A program made the position numbers and the translations under genes. This document shows positions 39,400 to 51,862 of a DNA stretch of 64,000 bases, one piece after another; the first letter of the stretch is position 1, and each line of letters begins with the position of its first letter. The stretch covers positions 29,946,001 through 30,010,000 of the forward strand of contig JBITNC010000001.1 in assembly GCA_050084985.1 (NCBI GenBank), given 5' to 3'. This DNA is from Nageia nagi (lineage: Eukaryota > Plantae > Pinophyta). The notes beneath the pieces were generated by a model, which saw only the letters and a program-made list of their open reading frames with translations, made no database searches and was not told the origin of the DNA.

Positions 39400-40923
39400 C
39401 ATATCCTATCAATTCTACCTCTTAGAGTGTGAGTTGGTAGGTTAGGAAAAAATATGGTGTGAACTGTTGGACTTCGTTGTATGATAGTGTGATATTTGGG
39501 ATGTTGTAGGCATATTTTATGTACCCTAAATAATCCTTATCTTGGATGATGCTGCCACATATGCTATGATTTTATCATTTGCTCATTGAAGGTAAATGAA
39601 TTAACCATCTATAATCTTCTCTGCATGGGTGATATATTGTTGTGATGTAACAAGATCTCTCTTTAGTCTCTCCACTTGTTATCTCTAGCTCTCATCTCCC
39701 CTAGTAGGTCCTATAGTCCCTCCCTCTTGTGGACCAAGAGGGCCCATATGCACCTATGTCATATTTGTGTCTTGCCATCCCCAAACACCCTTATCTCCAC
39801 CTCCCCCATCTTCACCATTCAATCCATCATCACCACCTCCATCACCACCCCCATCACTACCCCTTCTACCTCCCCCAACTTATGCATCATATCCTCCACT
39901 TGTGTCTCTTACATCTCCTCCTACATCCTCACCTCCTCCATCCCCACCTACTGGGAGAGCTTCTACTACTAACTGTGTTATCCAAAATTGATCATATCTT
40001 GGCTTATTCCCCCCATCCATATCCATATCTATCAAAGCTAGGGAATCTAACTCTTGTTCGATATTTGTATAAGCTATCATAGCTAGGCCATCTATTCTAA
40101 ACTTGTTGTAGAACATAGGTGCATTGGTAACATCCTATGTAATGTTGAACTATTGTGTAACCCTTTCAAAGTAAAAATACTCCATCTCTCCTCATTGCAT
40201 CCTAAGCCATTTGGCTCTCGTAATCCTCACCAACTCAAATTCATCATTTTCCCATCTTGGGCCATCCATATAGGGCCTCCACAAGAATTCATGTGACCTC
40301 ATTTTTCCAATGAACCCTCTATAATGGGTCAAGTATCCTATGTGTAGTTTCCACCTTTATGGTTCTATATCTCAGGCCCATGAAAGTATGTATGGTGCTT
40401 CATCCTTGGGCCTCCCCAGCATGCATTCACATCCATGCATATATTATAAGGAAGCCTTGGTGGCCTCCCTACTTGAATGTGCTCCCATCCCCAAATCTAA
40501 AGGAGGAGAGGCATACCACATCTCATCACCATCTAAGATGAATCTTGATCAACTCTTGGTATACCAATACCATAAGTGCCAATCCCTAAGAAAAAAGTGT
40601 ACTATCTTCATGCATCCATCTTAGTACATGGCATAACTTCTAAGGGAATAAAACCCAATAAGTGTCTAAGTAGATATAGGTCATGATGATCACCATCATG
40701 AATACCAATTGCACCTCATAAATCCCCTGGTCATACACATCTTCGTACTCAAAACCTTGTATCCACCAACATAGATGCCACTAATTTGATCCAATCAATC
40801 CTATTGCCAAAATTTGTCAACTCAACTCTAATCCAAGCTTGACTACAAGCTCTCCCTCAATTAAGATCATGATCCTAGGTATTTTTCTCTCTAGTCAAAG
40901 TGAGATGTAGGATCCACTAGCAT
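39400..40923 (-). pseudogene. Antisense accessory ORF of element B: plant mobile domain (PMD)-like with Gly/acidic tail
   Basis: LIIYAWM*MH and YLTHYRGFIGKMRSHEFLWRPY (PMD-type WxWEH and WRPY motifs), then YDQFWITQL...GGDGGGEDVGGD low-complexity sequence. Confidence 0.7.
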
Positions 40924-41663
40924 TTCTAGGTCTGAAATGTGGGGACCCTTGGTGTTTCTCAAAGGAAAATATTGGAACCCCTTGTGTTTCTATTTTTCAC
41001 TTTTTAGGTGCCAAATCTAGCATAGATTCTATGTTTTTCATATTCTACCTACCCATATAGGTTTCTCTAGTGTTCTACACCATTTCTCATTTATTTTTAA
41101 CCAAAAAAATATTCAAATTTAACCTCCCTTTGTTAGTTTTCCTATCCATCCTAATTTTGTGCAATTAAATTAAATTAAACTTAATTAAATTACCAAATTA
41201 GGTTTTAGCACCAACCTAGAGGACCCATGGTCTATTCTAAAGGTGGGGATTTTTTACCATGTCATAATATCATATAAGCAAGAGGAGGAGATGGCATAGT
41301 TAGTAGGAATTAACGAATGTAAATGAACCAAGTCAGTTGTCCCTTATCTTTTTGTAGCTCAACTAGTTGAAAATGCCACAACATTTTCTACCTAGTCCTA
41401 AATGTTATGATGTTTCTAGAATGTAGGCACATTTATGAAATGTGATAGCATTTCTAGAAATGTTGTGGTATTTTCTCTTTTGATCTTTTTCCTTCTCGAA
41501 CTCTATCCTTTCAATGGTAAATGCATCCCCATCTTCCTTTCCTTGCTACAAATGCATTTAAGGGGGATCATACATATCATTTGGGGCAATTAGCTACCAC
41601 ATTCACTTCATATTAAACAAAATTAGGTTTTTTCATTGCATTTAGCATAGTCAAAATGCAAAT

Positions 41664-41677
41664 AAAAAGGGGTAAAA
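41664..41677 (+). promoter_or_regulatory. Polypurine tract of element B
   Basis: aaaaaggggtaaaa immediately precedes the 3' LTR start TGTAG. Confidence 0.8.
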
Positions 41678-43167
41678 TGTAGACACCCAAATCTAGCACC
41701 ATGCTCTATATTTGGCAAAACCCTCTTTTATCACTAGCATATTTTTTTAATTTAGCATTTTCAAGTGCACTTTATCAATTTTGATCATATTTAATGATGA
41801 TTCATTAATAATCATTGTATTTTCAATCATAATCCTCTACATGAAAATTGCAATTTACCATATTAATTATATTGTTTTGTCATAGTCATTTCTCATGAAA
41901 GGGTAATTAAATTTAGATAGGTTTATTCTATTTTGAACCATAGTATTTTATTTGAAAATTACAAATAATATTATTCATATCATTTACAATTTATATAATA
42001 TTCATTTATGTCTAAAATATCAATTAATGTTAGTCATGTTAATTATATTAAATCATTTTTTTACTTGCTCAAAGATGAATTTATTTAATGGCCTAACTAT
42101 TTATTTTATTTTATTAATTTTTTCCCATTAATATAGATGATTTATTTATTATAAATTTTCAAAAAAATAGTTGGATAGAATTTATACATCACTTGACCAT
42201 GTCATTGATGATTCATCCAACAAGGAAGCAAGGAGATCTAGAACTCTAGTTACAGATTTCCAAGTCATGGCTTATGTTCCAAATAGACTCAATAAAAGAG
42301 ACAAGAAAAATGCATGACATTATTTCTAATTTATCTCAAATAAAATCTTATTCAAATCCAATTCTAATCTATCAAGAATTAATCAATCAACAACTATTTT
42401 TGGATTAAAATTCAAATGGATTTTGAATTCAAGTAGTTACATGTTATGCAAGTCTATTTAAACAAGTTTGCATTTGAGTTTTTGGTTTTGTAACTTTTAC
42501 AAACTTTGAGCTACAAATTTTTTAATTCCTGATTCTTGGAGTGATGAATTTGAAGGCTTACTACATCCAACAATCTCAATCAAGCATTTGAGAGAAGGAT
42601 TTGGGAGTTCTTGGCCTTTTGGTAAGCTAGGAATCAGTCATTCCAAGAATTATCTCTCCTATGAGACCATAGATATACCCATCATACTTCTCAACCTTCT
42701 TTTCATGTTCTATTTCTATAGTAAACTTATCTTGAGTTATCATTGTGACTTATATTCATCCTTTACCTAATGTGCTTGTAGGTTTTGAAACTTTGAGGTT
42801 ATATGCATTTTGATAGATAAATGTTGTTGCATTTCTAGAAATACCTAGGCTCACTACATTTCCATAGTGAGTGCATATTGGACAATTTTTGAATCCATCT
42901 TAGGATCAAGCCAACAAAGTCATGTACCATCATTCAAAATTCATCATAGTTAGTTACATTCTGGTGTTAATTAATACCACCTTGGTTTATTCATGTTATC
43001 TTACATTTGAGCTTGGTTTACTTGGAAGGATGGCTTGAGAAAGCCTCCTTAGTGTTTTAATCCAATCTTCTATTTTAGTTGATGATTATAAGGTCTAGTA
43101 TAGCTTGTATTTAAACGAGTGTATGTTTAGATTTAAGTGGTCCTGAAAAGGAGCACTTTTATTTGGA
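41678..43167 (+). repeat. 3' LTR of element B
   Basis: Colinear with 29963-31658 through ...ggagcacttttatttg; the terminal CA is not preserved. Confidence 0.9.
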
Positions 43168-43420
43168 ACTAATACATCTTCAAATTTCAATTTCTCTCAA
43201 GTAAGAGCTTTTTTTAACACATGCACTAGCTCCGTCATGTTCTTCTTTACCATGTTTAGCTTCAAAAAAAATCCACATAAAATATTATTTTCTTTGTTCT
43301 ACTTAGACAATAAAACATTTATGCATTTATAACTATCTCATACAATTATCTAACCATATGAAATGTTATACCATCTAAATTTCTCTTTTCTTCAATTTGT
43401 CATATAATTCCTTAAAGAAA
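43168..43420 (-). pseudogene. Catalytic-core part of the same Sola2-like transposase
   Basis: IWLDNC...MFYCLSR...MWIFFEAKHGKEEHDGASACVKK.ALT*EKLKFEDV, a decayed WSDxC..QFK / GHGKGxxDGxGxxVKR signature. It joins in frame to 29962. Confidence 0.75.
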
Positions 43421-43983
43421 TATTATAAAAACTTTAATGATTTTAATTTGTTATTACTCACATAGAAAAATGGTTGTAATCAATTATCACTCACATAGAA
43501 TAATCATAATGGTTTCCTCCTTTCAAAATAATTTTTAAAACAATATCCTTATTTCATAACATCTTTCTTGTTTCAACTTCAAAATAATTCTAATGGTTGC
43601 CTCCTTTCAAAATGCAATAGTTCATATTCAATGGAATAGATTGCACTTCACAATAATGAGTATAATATTGCATAAAATATCATTGTAATTTATAGTATTT
43701 GAATAATGAATAAAGGATATTGCAGAGTATAATCTAGATTTACTTTTTGCAAAAGTTGATAGTAAAGGGTATAATAGATACATTATCTTGTTATGAAACA
43801 GGATCCCACTTGTAATGGGATCTCATTCTTTTTTTAATAACAAGTGTTACTTTTTAAATAATGAGATCTCATTATGAAATGAGATCCCATTTGATAAATT
43901 TGAAATCCAAGTGACCCTTTTGCTTTGGTTTTTGGCTTGGAAAAGGTATAGTGAGCTGAACCTTAGCCTTGAACCTACAAATG

Positions 43984-44764
43984 CATGGTCATGGAAATGT
44001 TAACAGAAAATACAAAATTTTGATGTATATTTGATGATGTTTTTTTTTTAGATTTTTTTCATGAAATTAAAACCCATTACAAATGAGCATATGTAGATTT
44101 CAAATATGTAATTTATTTTATAATTAGATTATATTTTATATTTTTCAATTAAGTTTCAATGAAATTGGTCTATAAACATGAAAAATCAAGTTTTCCTATT
44201 TTTGTAATAACTTTTTATTTTTAAAAAATTTGAAAAAAAAATATTATATGACATAAATCTATATATAATTCTTTACTAAATTATTGTTATTATTTTTTAA
44301 ATGATAAGTTTATATCAAATTATGTGTCGTACATGAGCAATTTTCAAAGCAATTAGGGCCAATAAAAAATTAATAAAAAAAATTTAATGAAAGATTATAA
44401 AATAATACCCTCATTAATCTTCAATTTCTTATGTATCTTTATCCAAAAAGACCTAAAAAATACTTTAATCTAGGTAAAATTATGTGTGTTGTACACATGC
44501 ATGGTATGGTACTGAAATGATATATTTTAAACAATGGTTTGTATACATGCCTATTAAAAATTGATTCAATCATCTGGGTATTTCAATAAATTATATATTT
44601 GAAACCTTGACTTGGATCACTACATTTTTACCCCAATGATCTTTTTCAAGGTTCTATTTATAAGTGCTTCAAATTTTGAGATTAATTGTGATCAAACCTA
44701 AAAATCAACAAAAAACTTTCACTTTTTGGCCATAAAGTGGACCCAACTTCTTGCATTGACCATG
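43984..44764. mobile_element. Possible MITE-like non-coding TIR insertion
   Basis: catggtcatggaa... and ...ttgcattgaccatg form short inverted ends around an AT-rich interior. It truncates the integrase tail of element C. No TSD found. Confidence 0.4.
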
Positions 44765-45780
44765 TTCTACTATTTCTACACTGATATGATATGTTCCCAA
44801 CCAATTTGGATCTCATTTTTTTTACCATGCTTTGCAATTTTTGAATCCTAATAGAACTCAATATCTACTTTAATCAAAGATTTTCCTCTTGCTATTTTAT
44901 TAAAATCATCTTCTATTCTAATTATTTTCTATGAAAGGGTAACAAAAGCATTTCTTATTTGTTATACTAATTATGCCATCTCATCTAATATTGTTTATAG
45001 GGCATCTTCATTACTAGATTCTATACTGAGTAACTGGAGGACCCCCTTCTCTATATTTATGGGTAGTAAGGATTATTTTCCATATACCATATCATATGGT
45101 GATTTCATGGTACAATTATTTGGAGTGATTCTATTATACCATAGCATATTTCATCTCTAAGTTTCAACTCCTCTTATTCTTTCCCATAGATCTCTTTTTT
45201 TTATAGCAAATTTTTTATTTTCAAAATTTGGTAACCCAATTCCTTATGGTAATAACTTACTGAGTGGGAAAATTTAATACAAAATTTGGAGCAAATTATT
45301 ATCATTTCAAAAGATGTAAAATAAACACCATTATTTGTTACCAATTTCTAGGGCATTCTAAACCTTGTGATTATATATTATTCAAGGAATTTAATCATTG
45401 CCTTATTAGTGTAACTTCTTATATGTGTTGCATGCATCCATTTTGTAAATAATATATGATTTTAATGATCCACTTATGCCTTGTAGAAGAATTTGGGCTA
45501 ATTTCCTTTATCAAGTCTAAACCCCACTACATTAATGGTGCTTCCACTATCACCAACCTTAGTGACATATGTACTAATTTTTTCTTTCTTATGAAGATAT
45601 GACATTCATGATATCTTCTATAGTATTTAAATACATAAGTAAAGAGTCTAGACTAGTAAAATTATGCCCTAAGGATCTTATGAGTTGTTACTCTTGAAGC
45701 ATAATGTCCTACACATATGCCTTTATGAAACTCATCAGGTATTGAATTTATCTTTACTTCTTGAATATATCTCAAAAGAC

Positions 45781-46493
45781 TTCTTCGAATTGGATCATAT
45801 TAGGTTGATCTCTCAAGGAGAAATACTCATTCCATAGGTATTTTGTGCTTGAATATTGATCAAATACTAAAATTTGGAGGTGATTGGTGTCAAAAACCAC
45901 ACTGCTAACAACGTGAAATATATTATTTTTAGGCTATTGATAATGTGCATTTTGACGAGTCAGTAGTGGAAGTTGAAGGGATATCAATCGTTTTAATAGT
46001 TGAGTTATTCATGATTATCAACCAACATCTTAGAGATGTTTCTAGGCCTATTTAAGTATGTGTTACTCTCTTGATTCAGCAATCTTAGCTTAGAGAGTTT
46101 TGGGGTATTGGGATTGTAATGATTTGAAGGAAGACCAAGAGTCATTCTAGAATTTTTATAGTTTTGAAGTTATTTTTCTTATTTTAGAATATTGCAATGG
46201 TGTTGTAGGAGATGGTATTACCATTATTTGATGGTATTTCTCTATATACATGTAATATTATAATGTCCATATACAATGAGAAGAGAAGGCTCCAATTCTA
46301 TTATGGATTAGCCCACATTAGGTGAACAAGGATAGATCATTATGTTGATCTGAGATTGTTAATTTGTAGTTTTATATTATCCAATTTTGAATTTATATTC
46401 AATTTTATGTGTCTCATAATGATGAATATATTTTTGTTCAAATCTATAAGTGAGGATCTGAGTATGCTATAAGCAAGTAGTGATTATGGATCA
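45781..46493 (+). repeat. 5' LTR of element D
   Basis: ...aattggatcatattaggttgat ... tgattatggatca, colinear with 51136-51862; the first bases are decayed. Confidence 0.9.
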
Positions 46494-46495
46494 CA

Positions 46496-46507
46496 TGGTA
46501 TCAAAGC
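46496..46507 (+). promoter_or_regulatory. PBS complementary to the initiator tRNA-Met 3' end
   Basis: tggtatcaaagc (canonical TGGTATCAGAGC), 2 nt after the LTR end. Confidence 0.9.
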
Positions 46508-46769
46508 TTGTGTGTTAAAATTTTAAGGATTTCATAATATCAATAGGATCTTGAGATTGGTTGAAGGTGTAAAGTGATATAAATGGATGATTTAGATGAG
46601 CAACAATTTGTTGTTTATACCATGATGGATACTGATTTTCAAATGATATTTTTGGAAATGGAGAGTCATTTGGCTCAATTGGTTGAGTTAGATAAAATGC
46701 AAATATCAATAAAAGACATCAAAATCAAGTTAGAGGACCTAATTTATCATCTTAGTAAAATTTAGTTCC

Positions 46770-49700
46770 ATTCAAGGTGGAGGCCAAAGTGGACATTCCT
46801 ACTTTTAGGGGAGAGGTTGATGCAGATAAGTTGAATAATTGGTTGCAACAATTAGAGATTTATTTCCAAATTTAAGGTGTTGTAAATGATGTTGATAAAA
46901 TATTTTTTGCTAGATTAAAAATGGGTGGACATGCTTTATTTTGGTGGGAAATTCATGTATAAAATATTAGACATAAAAATTTATCAAAAATAGCTTCTTG
47001 GAATGAATTTAAAAATTTGTTAAGAGATCAATTTTATCCATTGGGACATCATAATAAGTAATTGATGAAATAATAATTTTTTAGAAAATAAAGAGGATAA
47101 TTAATTTAAGAATACACTATGCAATTTAGGAAACAAGCTACTTTCCTTAGGGTTTCACTAAAAGATCCTCAAACTTTAATGATGTATATTGGAAGTTTAC
47201 ATAGTCATTTGCAAAAGACTGTCATGTTGTTTAATCCTACTAATCTTGATCAAGTGTGTGTGCAAGCACAATATATAGAGGAGGATGGTAAATCAAGGAG
47301 ATAATATGATGAATCTAATAAGACTTATAATTCAAGGGGATCACAAGATAAAGGTAAAGGTAAGAAAGAAACTAAGATCACTAATACTTTGAAAAAGAAA
47401 CAAGGTGATAATAGGCATTGTAGTCATTATGATAAAGAAAATCATGCTAATGATAGATGTTAGAAACTTCATATATAATTATGTCCATATAAAAAAATGA
47501 ATAAGGAGAAACTAATGCTGTGATCTAAAAGTGTGAGGATATTGAGGATAGATAGTTTAGATATTGATGAAAAATTGAATTGTTCAACCATTCAAAAGGT
47601 TGAAGAAAATAAAGACATTGAAGAATAAAGGATTCATTTATTCCACCTCAAAATCAAAATTAAGAAAATAATAGTGGATTACATGGTTAATACAAGTTCT
47701 CAAGAAAACTTGATTTCAAAATCTATGGTAAGTAATTTGGGATTGGAAACTTTCAACCATCCAAATCCATATATTTTGGGTTGGGTGAATCGCAATGCTA
47801 GTTTGCAAGTCACTAAACAATGTAAGTTGAAATTTGGTATTTGTGAAAAGTACATTGATGAAGTTATAGTTGATGTTATTTTTAATACATTTGTGGTGTT
47901 ATTCTTTGTAACCCTTATTTGTGGGATATAGATGGTATTTATTACCAAAAACTAAACAAGATGAGATTGGTGAAAGATGGAAAGGTGTTTCTAGCTAGTG
48001 CATGTAAAAGGTAGGAAAAGCTACCTTTGGTCACTACTAGTCAGCTAAAATGCCTTGTAAATACTTTTGAAAGGTTTGTGTTGATCATGGTGAAAAATAG
48101 AGTTTCTGGTGAGGTGTATCTCATGTTGTTAGCAGCATGCAACACTAATTCTAGGCTATTAACAACATGTAATAAGGAAGAACAAATGTAAAAATTGATC
48201 AAGGAGTTTGCTAACTTATTTGCAAAGCCATAGCGATTACCTCCTATGTGATATATACAACATAAAATTCAATTTTCACTTGATGCTTAATGCCCTAAAA
48301 TAGCTTTGTATTGATAATTAGTTTTAGAGCAAAAGGAGATAAAGATGCAGATTCAAGAGTTGGTTAATCAAGATGTGATTAGATCAAGTACATCTCCATG
48401 TGGATAACCTATTATTTTGGTTTTCAAAAAAGATCAAACATGGATAATGGGTATTAATTATAAAGTGCTTAACAAAATTACCATAAAAATTTTAGTTATC
48501 CTTTAGCTCAGATAGATGATCATTTGGATCAATTGCAAGGGGAAAGATTCTTCATAAAGTTGGACCTAAGGAGTGGATATCATCAAGTTCAAATCAAGGA
48601 GGAGGGAATTTTGAATACTACTTTCAAGATAATACAAGACATATTTGAATGGCTTGTTTTCCATTTGGTTTTTGTAGTGCACTAACCACATTTATGAGGG
48701 TGATGAATGATGTAATTCATCTATTTATTGATTCTTTTGTTGTTGTATATTTGGATGATATTCTTGTTTATAGTTTTACTTGGGAAGAACATGTTGTACA
48801 TATTATATAAGTGTTTCAAGCTTTTCATAGGGAGAAGTTGTTGAAAATATCTAAATGTAAGTTTGGCAAAGAGTTTTTGTTGTATTTGGGCCATGTTATT
48901 AGTCATGGACAACTTAAGATAGATCCTAGTAAAGTAAGTGCTATAGTAGATTAGCCAAAGCCAACTAATATCATTGAAGTGAGGAGTTTATTAGTTGATA
49001 TCTAATATTTGAGAAAGTTTATTATTGATTTTTCTCATATTACTTCACCTTTACATGATGTGATCGATAAGAGGAAAGTTTTCCAATGTGGAAAGCAATA
49101 ACAAATATCTTTTGATACCTTCAAGCAAAATATTATTAGTGCACCCATACTTGCACTTTTTGATTTGTAGAATCCATTCAAAGTAGAGATTGATGTAAAT
49201 GACTATTCTATGGGGGTCATTTTGTTACAAGAAGGTAAACCAATTTACTATCATTTCAAAACATTTTTTATGGTCATTTTGAATTATCCTACTTATTATA
49301 AGAAAATGTATGTGTTGGTTCAAGCTGTTAAAAATTGGAAACATTACTTAATAGGAAAAAATAATCATTCATACTAATCATCAACCATTAAAGTACTTAC
49401 TAACTCAATCAAAATTACAACAAACTAGAAACTATAGATGGATGGGTTTTCTACAACAATTTCATATTATGATCAAATATAAAAAAGGAACATAAAATAA
49501 GGTTGCTAACATGCTTTCTAAAAAATTTGTACCTACAAATTCCATGCTACTAGTAGCATGAAACACTTATTCTAGGTTGTTAATAACAATGAAATAGGGG
49601 CTATCAAGTTCCCTCTCAGTGCTAAAATCTCTTCCTTTTCTTTCTGAGTTATTTTCAAAGGCATATGTGCAAGATCCTAACTTTGGAGAGGTGTATGAGT

Positions 49701-51138
49701 AGTTATCTTCATCTAGATCTAAGTATGAGCGATTGGATGATTTTTATTTGTAAAATGGACTTTTTTATCATTTTAATGCATTATGTTTACTTGTAGGTGA
49801 AAGGATTGGACTGATTAGAGAAGCTCATATTTAAATGATTGTGTGATATTTTGGGTTTGGAAAGACATTGTACCATTTGAAAAGTTATGTATATTGGCCA
49901 AAGATGCAAGATCAATCTTCCAATTACATAAGGGGATGTTTTTTTGTTGCACCAACAAGCCAAATAATAATAAATTGGGTTTGTATCAGCCACTACTAGT
50001 ACCAACTCATCCTTTGTAGTATATTTCCATGGATTTTTAGGAGGGATCACCTATGAACAAGAAGGGTTATGACTATTTATTTGTTGTTGTGGATATATTT
50101 AGCAAGATTTGTGTTTTGGTTCCTTTTAAGAATATAATAACAAAAAAAGATGCTACAAATTTGTTCTTTTTACATGTTTTGGTTCATTTTGGATTACTTA
50201 CTTCTATTGTTTCAGATAGAGATAGTAGATTTTTGGGAAAGTTTTGGACATGTTTATGGGAAAGGATGGATACAATATTGAACAGGAGTACTACATTTCA
50301 TCCTAAAATGGATTGACAAATTGAAGTGATGTATAAGACAATGGTTCAACTCTTGTAGGGTTATTATGGCAAGTAGCCTAAGTCTTGAGAAGAACATCTT
50401 GAATATATCTAACATTCATATAATAGGAAAATTCATTCTTTCATTAATAAGAGTCTTTTTTAGACTTCTTTTGGTTATTTACCATCATCACCTTTTGATT
50501 GTGTGTTTGGATAGCAAAAGGATGAAGGAGATTCACTTGAGAAAGAAGAGAAAAAAGCTAAAGCCTTTGGTGAAAATATTAGATAAATTCATTTGAAAAT
50601 ACAAGAGCAACTTAAGACAATCCAAGCCAAGTATAAGATTAGACATGACAAGCATCGAGTTGACAATATGTTTCATGTGGGAGACTATGTTTGGTTGCAT
50701 CCTAGTAAGGAGAGGTTTTAAGGACCAACCAAGAAGTTGAAAGCTATAAGGTATCGACCATTTGAGATTATAAACCAAGTGAGTGAGAATACTTTTATAT
50801 TGAATCTACTAGCATATATTAACATCTATTTGGTTGTGAATATGGAATATTTAAAATTGTATGATCCATCTATGCTTAATGAATATGAAGGAGGTTCAAA
50901 TCAAATTTTTTCATGTCTTGATGACATAGCTCCTAATACTATGGATGAACTCAAGGAGAATTCCATATTGCAAAAGAAGGTTCATGATATAAGAAGATGT
51001 GATATAGAGTTGTGGTTAGTTGGATTGAAAGGACAAAATCCTAATAAAGTCAAGTGGATGGAAAATCATAGGGTTGGGGAATTGTATCCTAATATATGCA
51101 TTTGTGGGATCAAATTCCTTCTCATTCAGGAGGTGTGA
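46770..51138 (+). pseudogene. gag-pol of element D (many stops and frameshifts)
   Basis: gag KVDIPTFRGEVDADKLNNWL; zinc-knuckle-like HCSHYDKENHANDRC; PR ...SQENLIS...HPNPYILGWV; RT KLDLRSGYHQ and VYLDDIL; RH; INT SIVSDRDSRFLGKFW...FHPKMD; chromodomain-like tail LWLVGLKGQ...KW. Confidence 0.93.
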
Positions 51139-51862
51139 TCTAAATTGGATCATATTAGGTTGATATTTGTAGGAGAAGTACTCATTCTAGAGGTATATAT
51201 GGTTGGGTATTGATCAAAGAATAAAATTTGAAGGTGATTAGTATCAAAAATCATGTTGCTAACAATGTGAAATCTACTATTTTTAGGTTGTTAACAATGT
51301 GCATTTTGATGAGCTAGTAATGGAAGTTGAAGGGGAATCCATGGTTTGGAAAATTGAGCAATTCAAGATCATTAAATAGCATCTTGGAGAAATTTATAGG
51401 CCTATTTAAGGACATGCCTTTTTCTTGATTCATCAATCCTAGCTTAGAGAATTTTTGGATTTTGAGATTGCAAAGATTTGAAGAAAGACCAAAATTCATT
51501 CCAAAATTTTTGTAGTTCTGAATTTATTCTTCTTATTGTAGAAGATTGTAGTAGTGTTGTAGGAGATATTATTGCTATTATTTTGATGGTATTTCTCTAT
51601 ATGCATGTAATATTGTAATATACATAGATAATGAGAAGAGAAGGCTCCAATTTCATGCTAAATTTGTCCACATTCGGTGAACCAAGGTAAATTATTATGT
51701 TGATATTTTTCTGTGTGATTGAGATTATTAATCTGTAGTTTTACATTGTTGAATTTCAAATTTATATGCAATTTTATGGGTCTCATAATGTTGAATATCT
51801 TTTCATGTGAATCTATAAGTGAGGATCCGAGTATGCTATAAGCATCTGGTGATTATGTATCA
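51136..51862 (+). repeat. 3' LTR of element D
   Basis: tgatctaaattggatca ... gattatgtatca (TG...CA), preceded by purine-rich caggaggtg. Confidence 0.9.

Larger units (their letters stand above)
29963..43167 (+). mobile_element. Internally deleted Tat/Ogre-like Ty3/Gypsy LTR retrotransposon, element B (aRH-INT only, plus antisense PMD ORF)
   Basis: Direct repeats start tgtagataccc (29963) and tgtagacaccc (41678). PBS-like and PPT sequences are present. TSD actat/actaa; removing the element restores the host frame EDVLVNFNDPH. Confidence 0.9.
45781..51862 (+). mobile_element. Near-complete decayed chromoviral Ty3/Gypsy (CRM-like) element D, inserted at the start of the element C integrase
   Basis: LTRs ~45781-46493 and 51136-51862; Met-tRNA PBS; gag-PR-RT-RH-INT in order. 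TSD not recognisable. Confidence 0.93.

Noticed and set aside
39676-40082. Pro/His/Ser-rich + strand ORFs resembling an extensin
   Set aside because: All three frames are open only because they are the antisense of the Gly/Asp/Glu-rich tail of the minus-strand PMD-like ORF; there is no signal peptide.
45770-45790. TSD of element D
   Set aside because: The flanks (aagac / tgata) do not match and the 5' LTR start is decayed, so no TSD is claimed.
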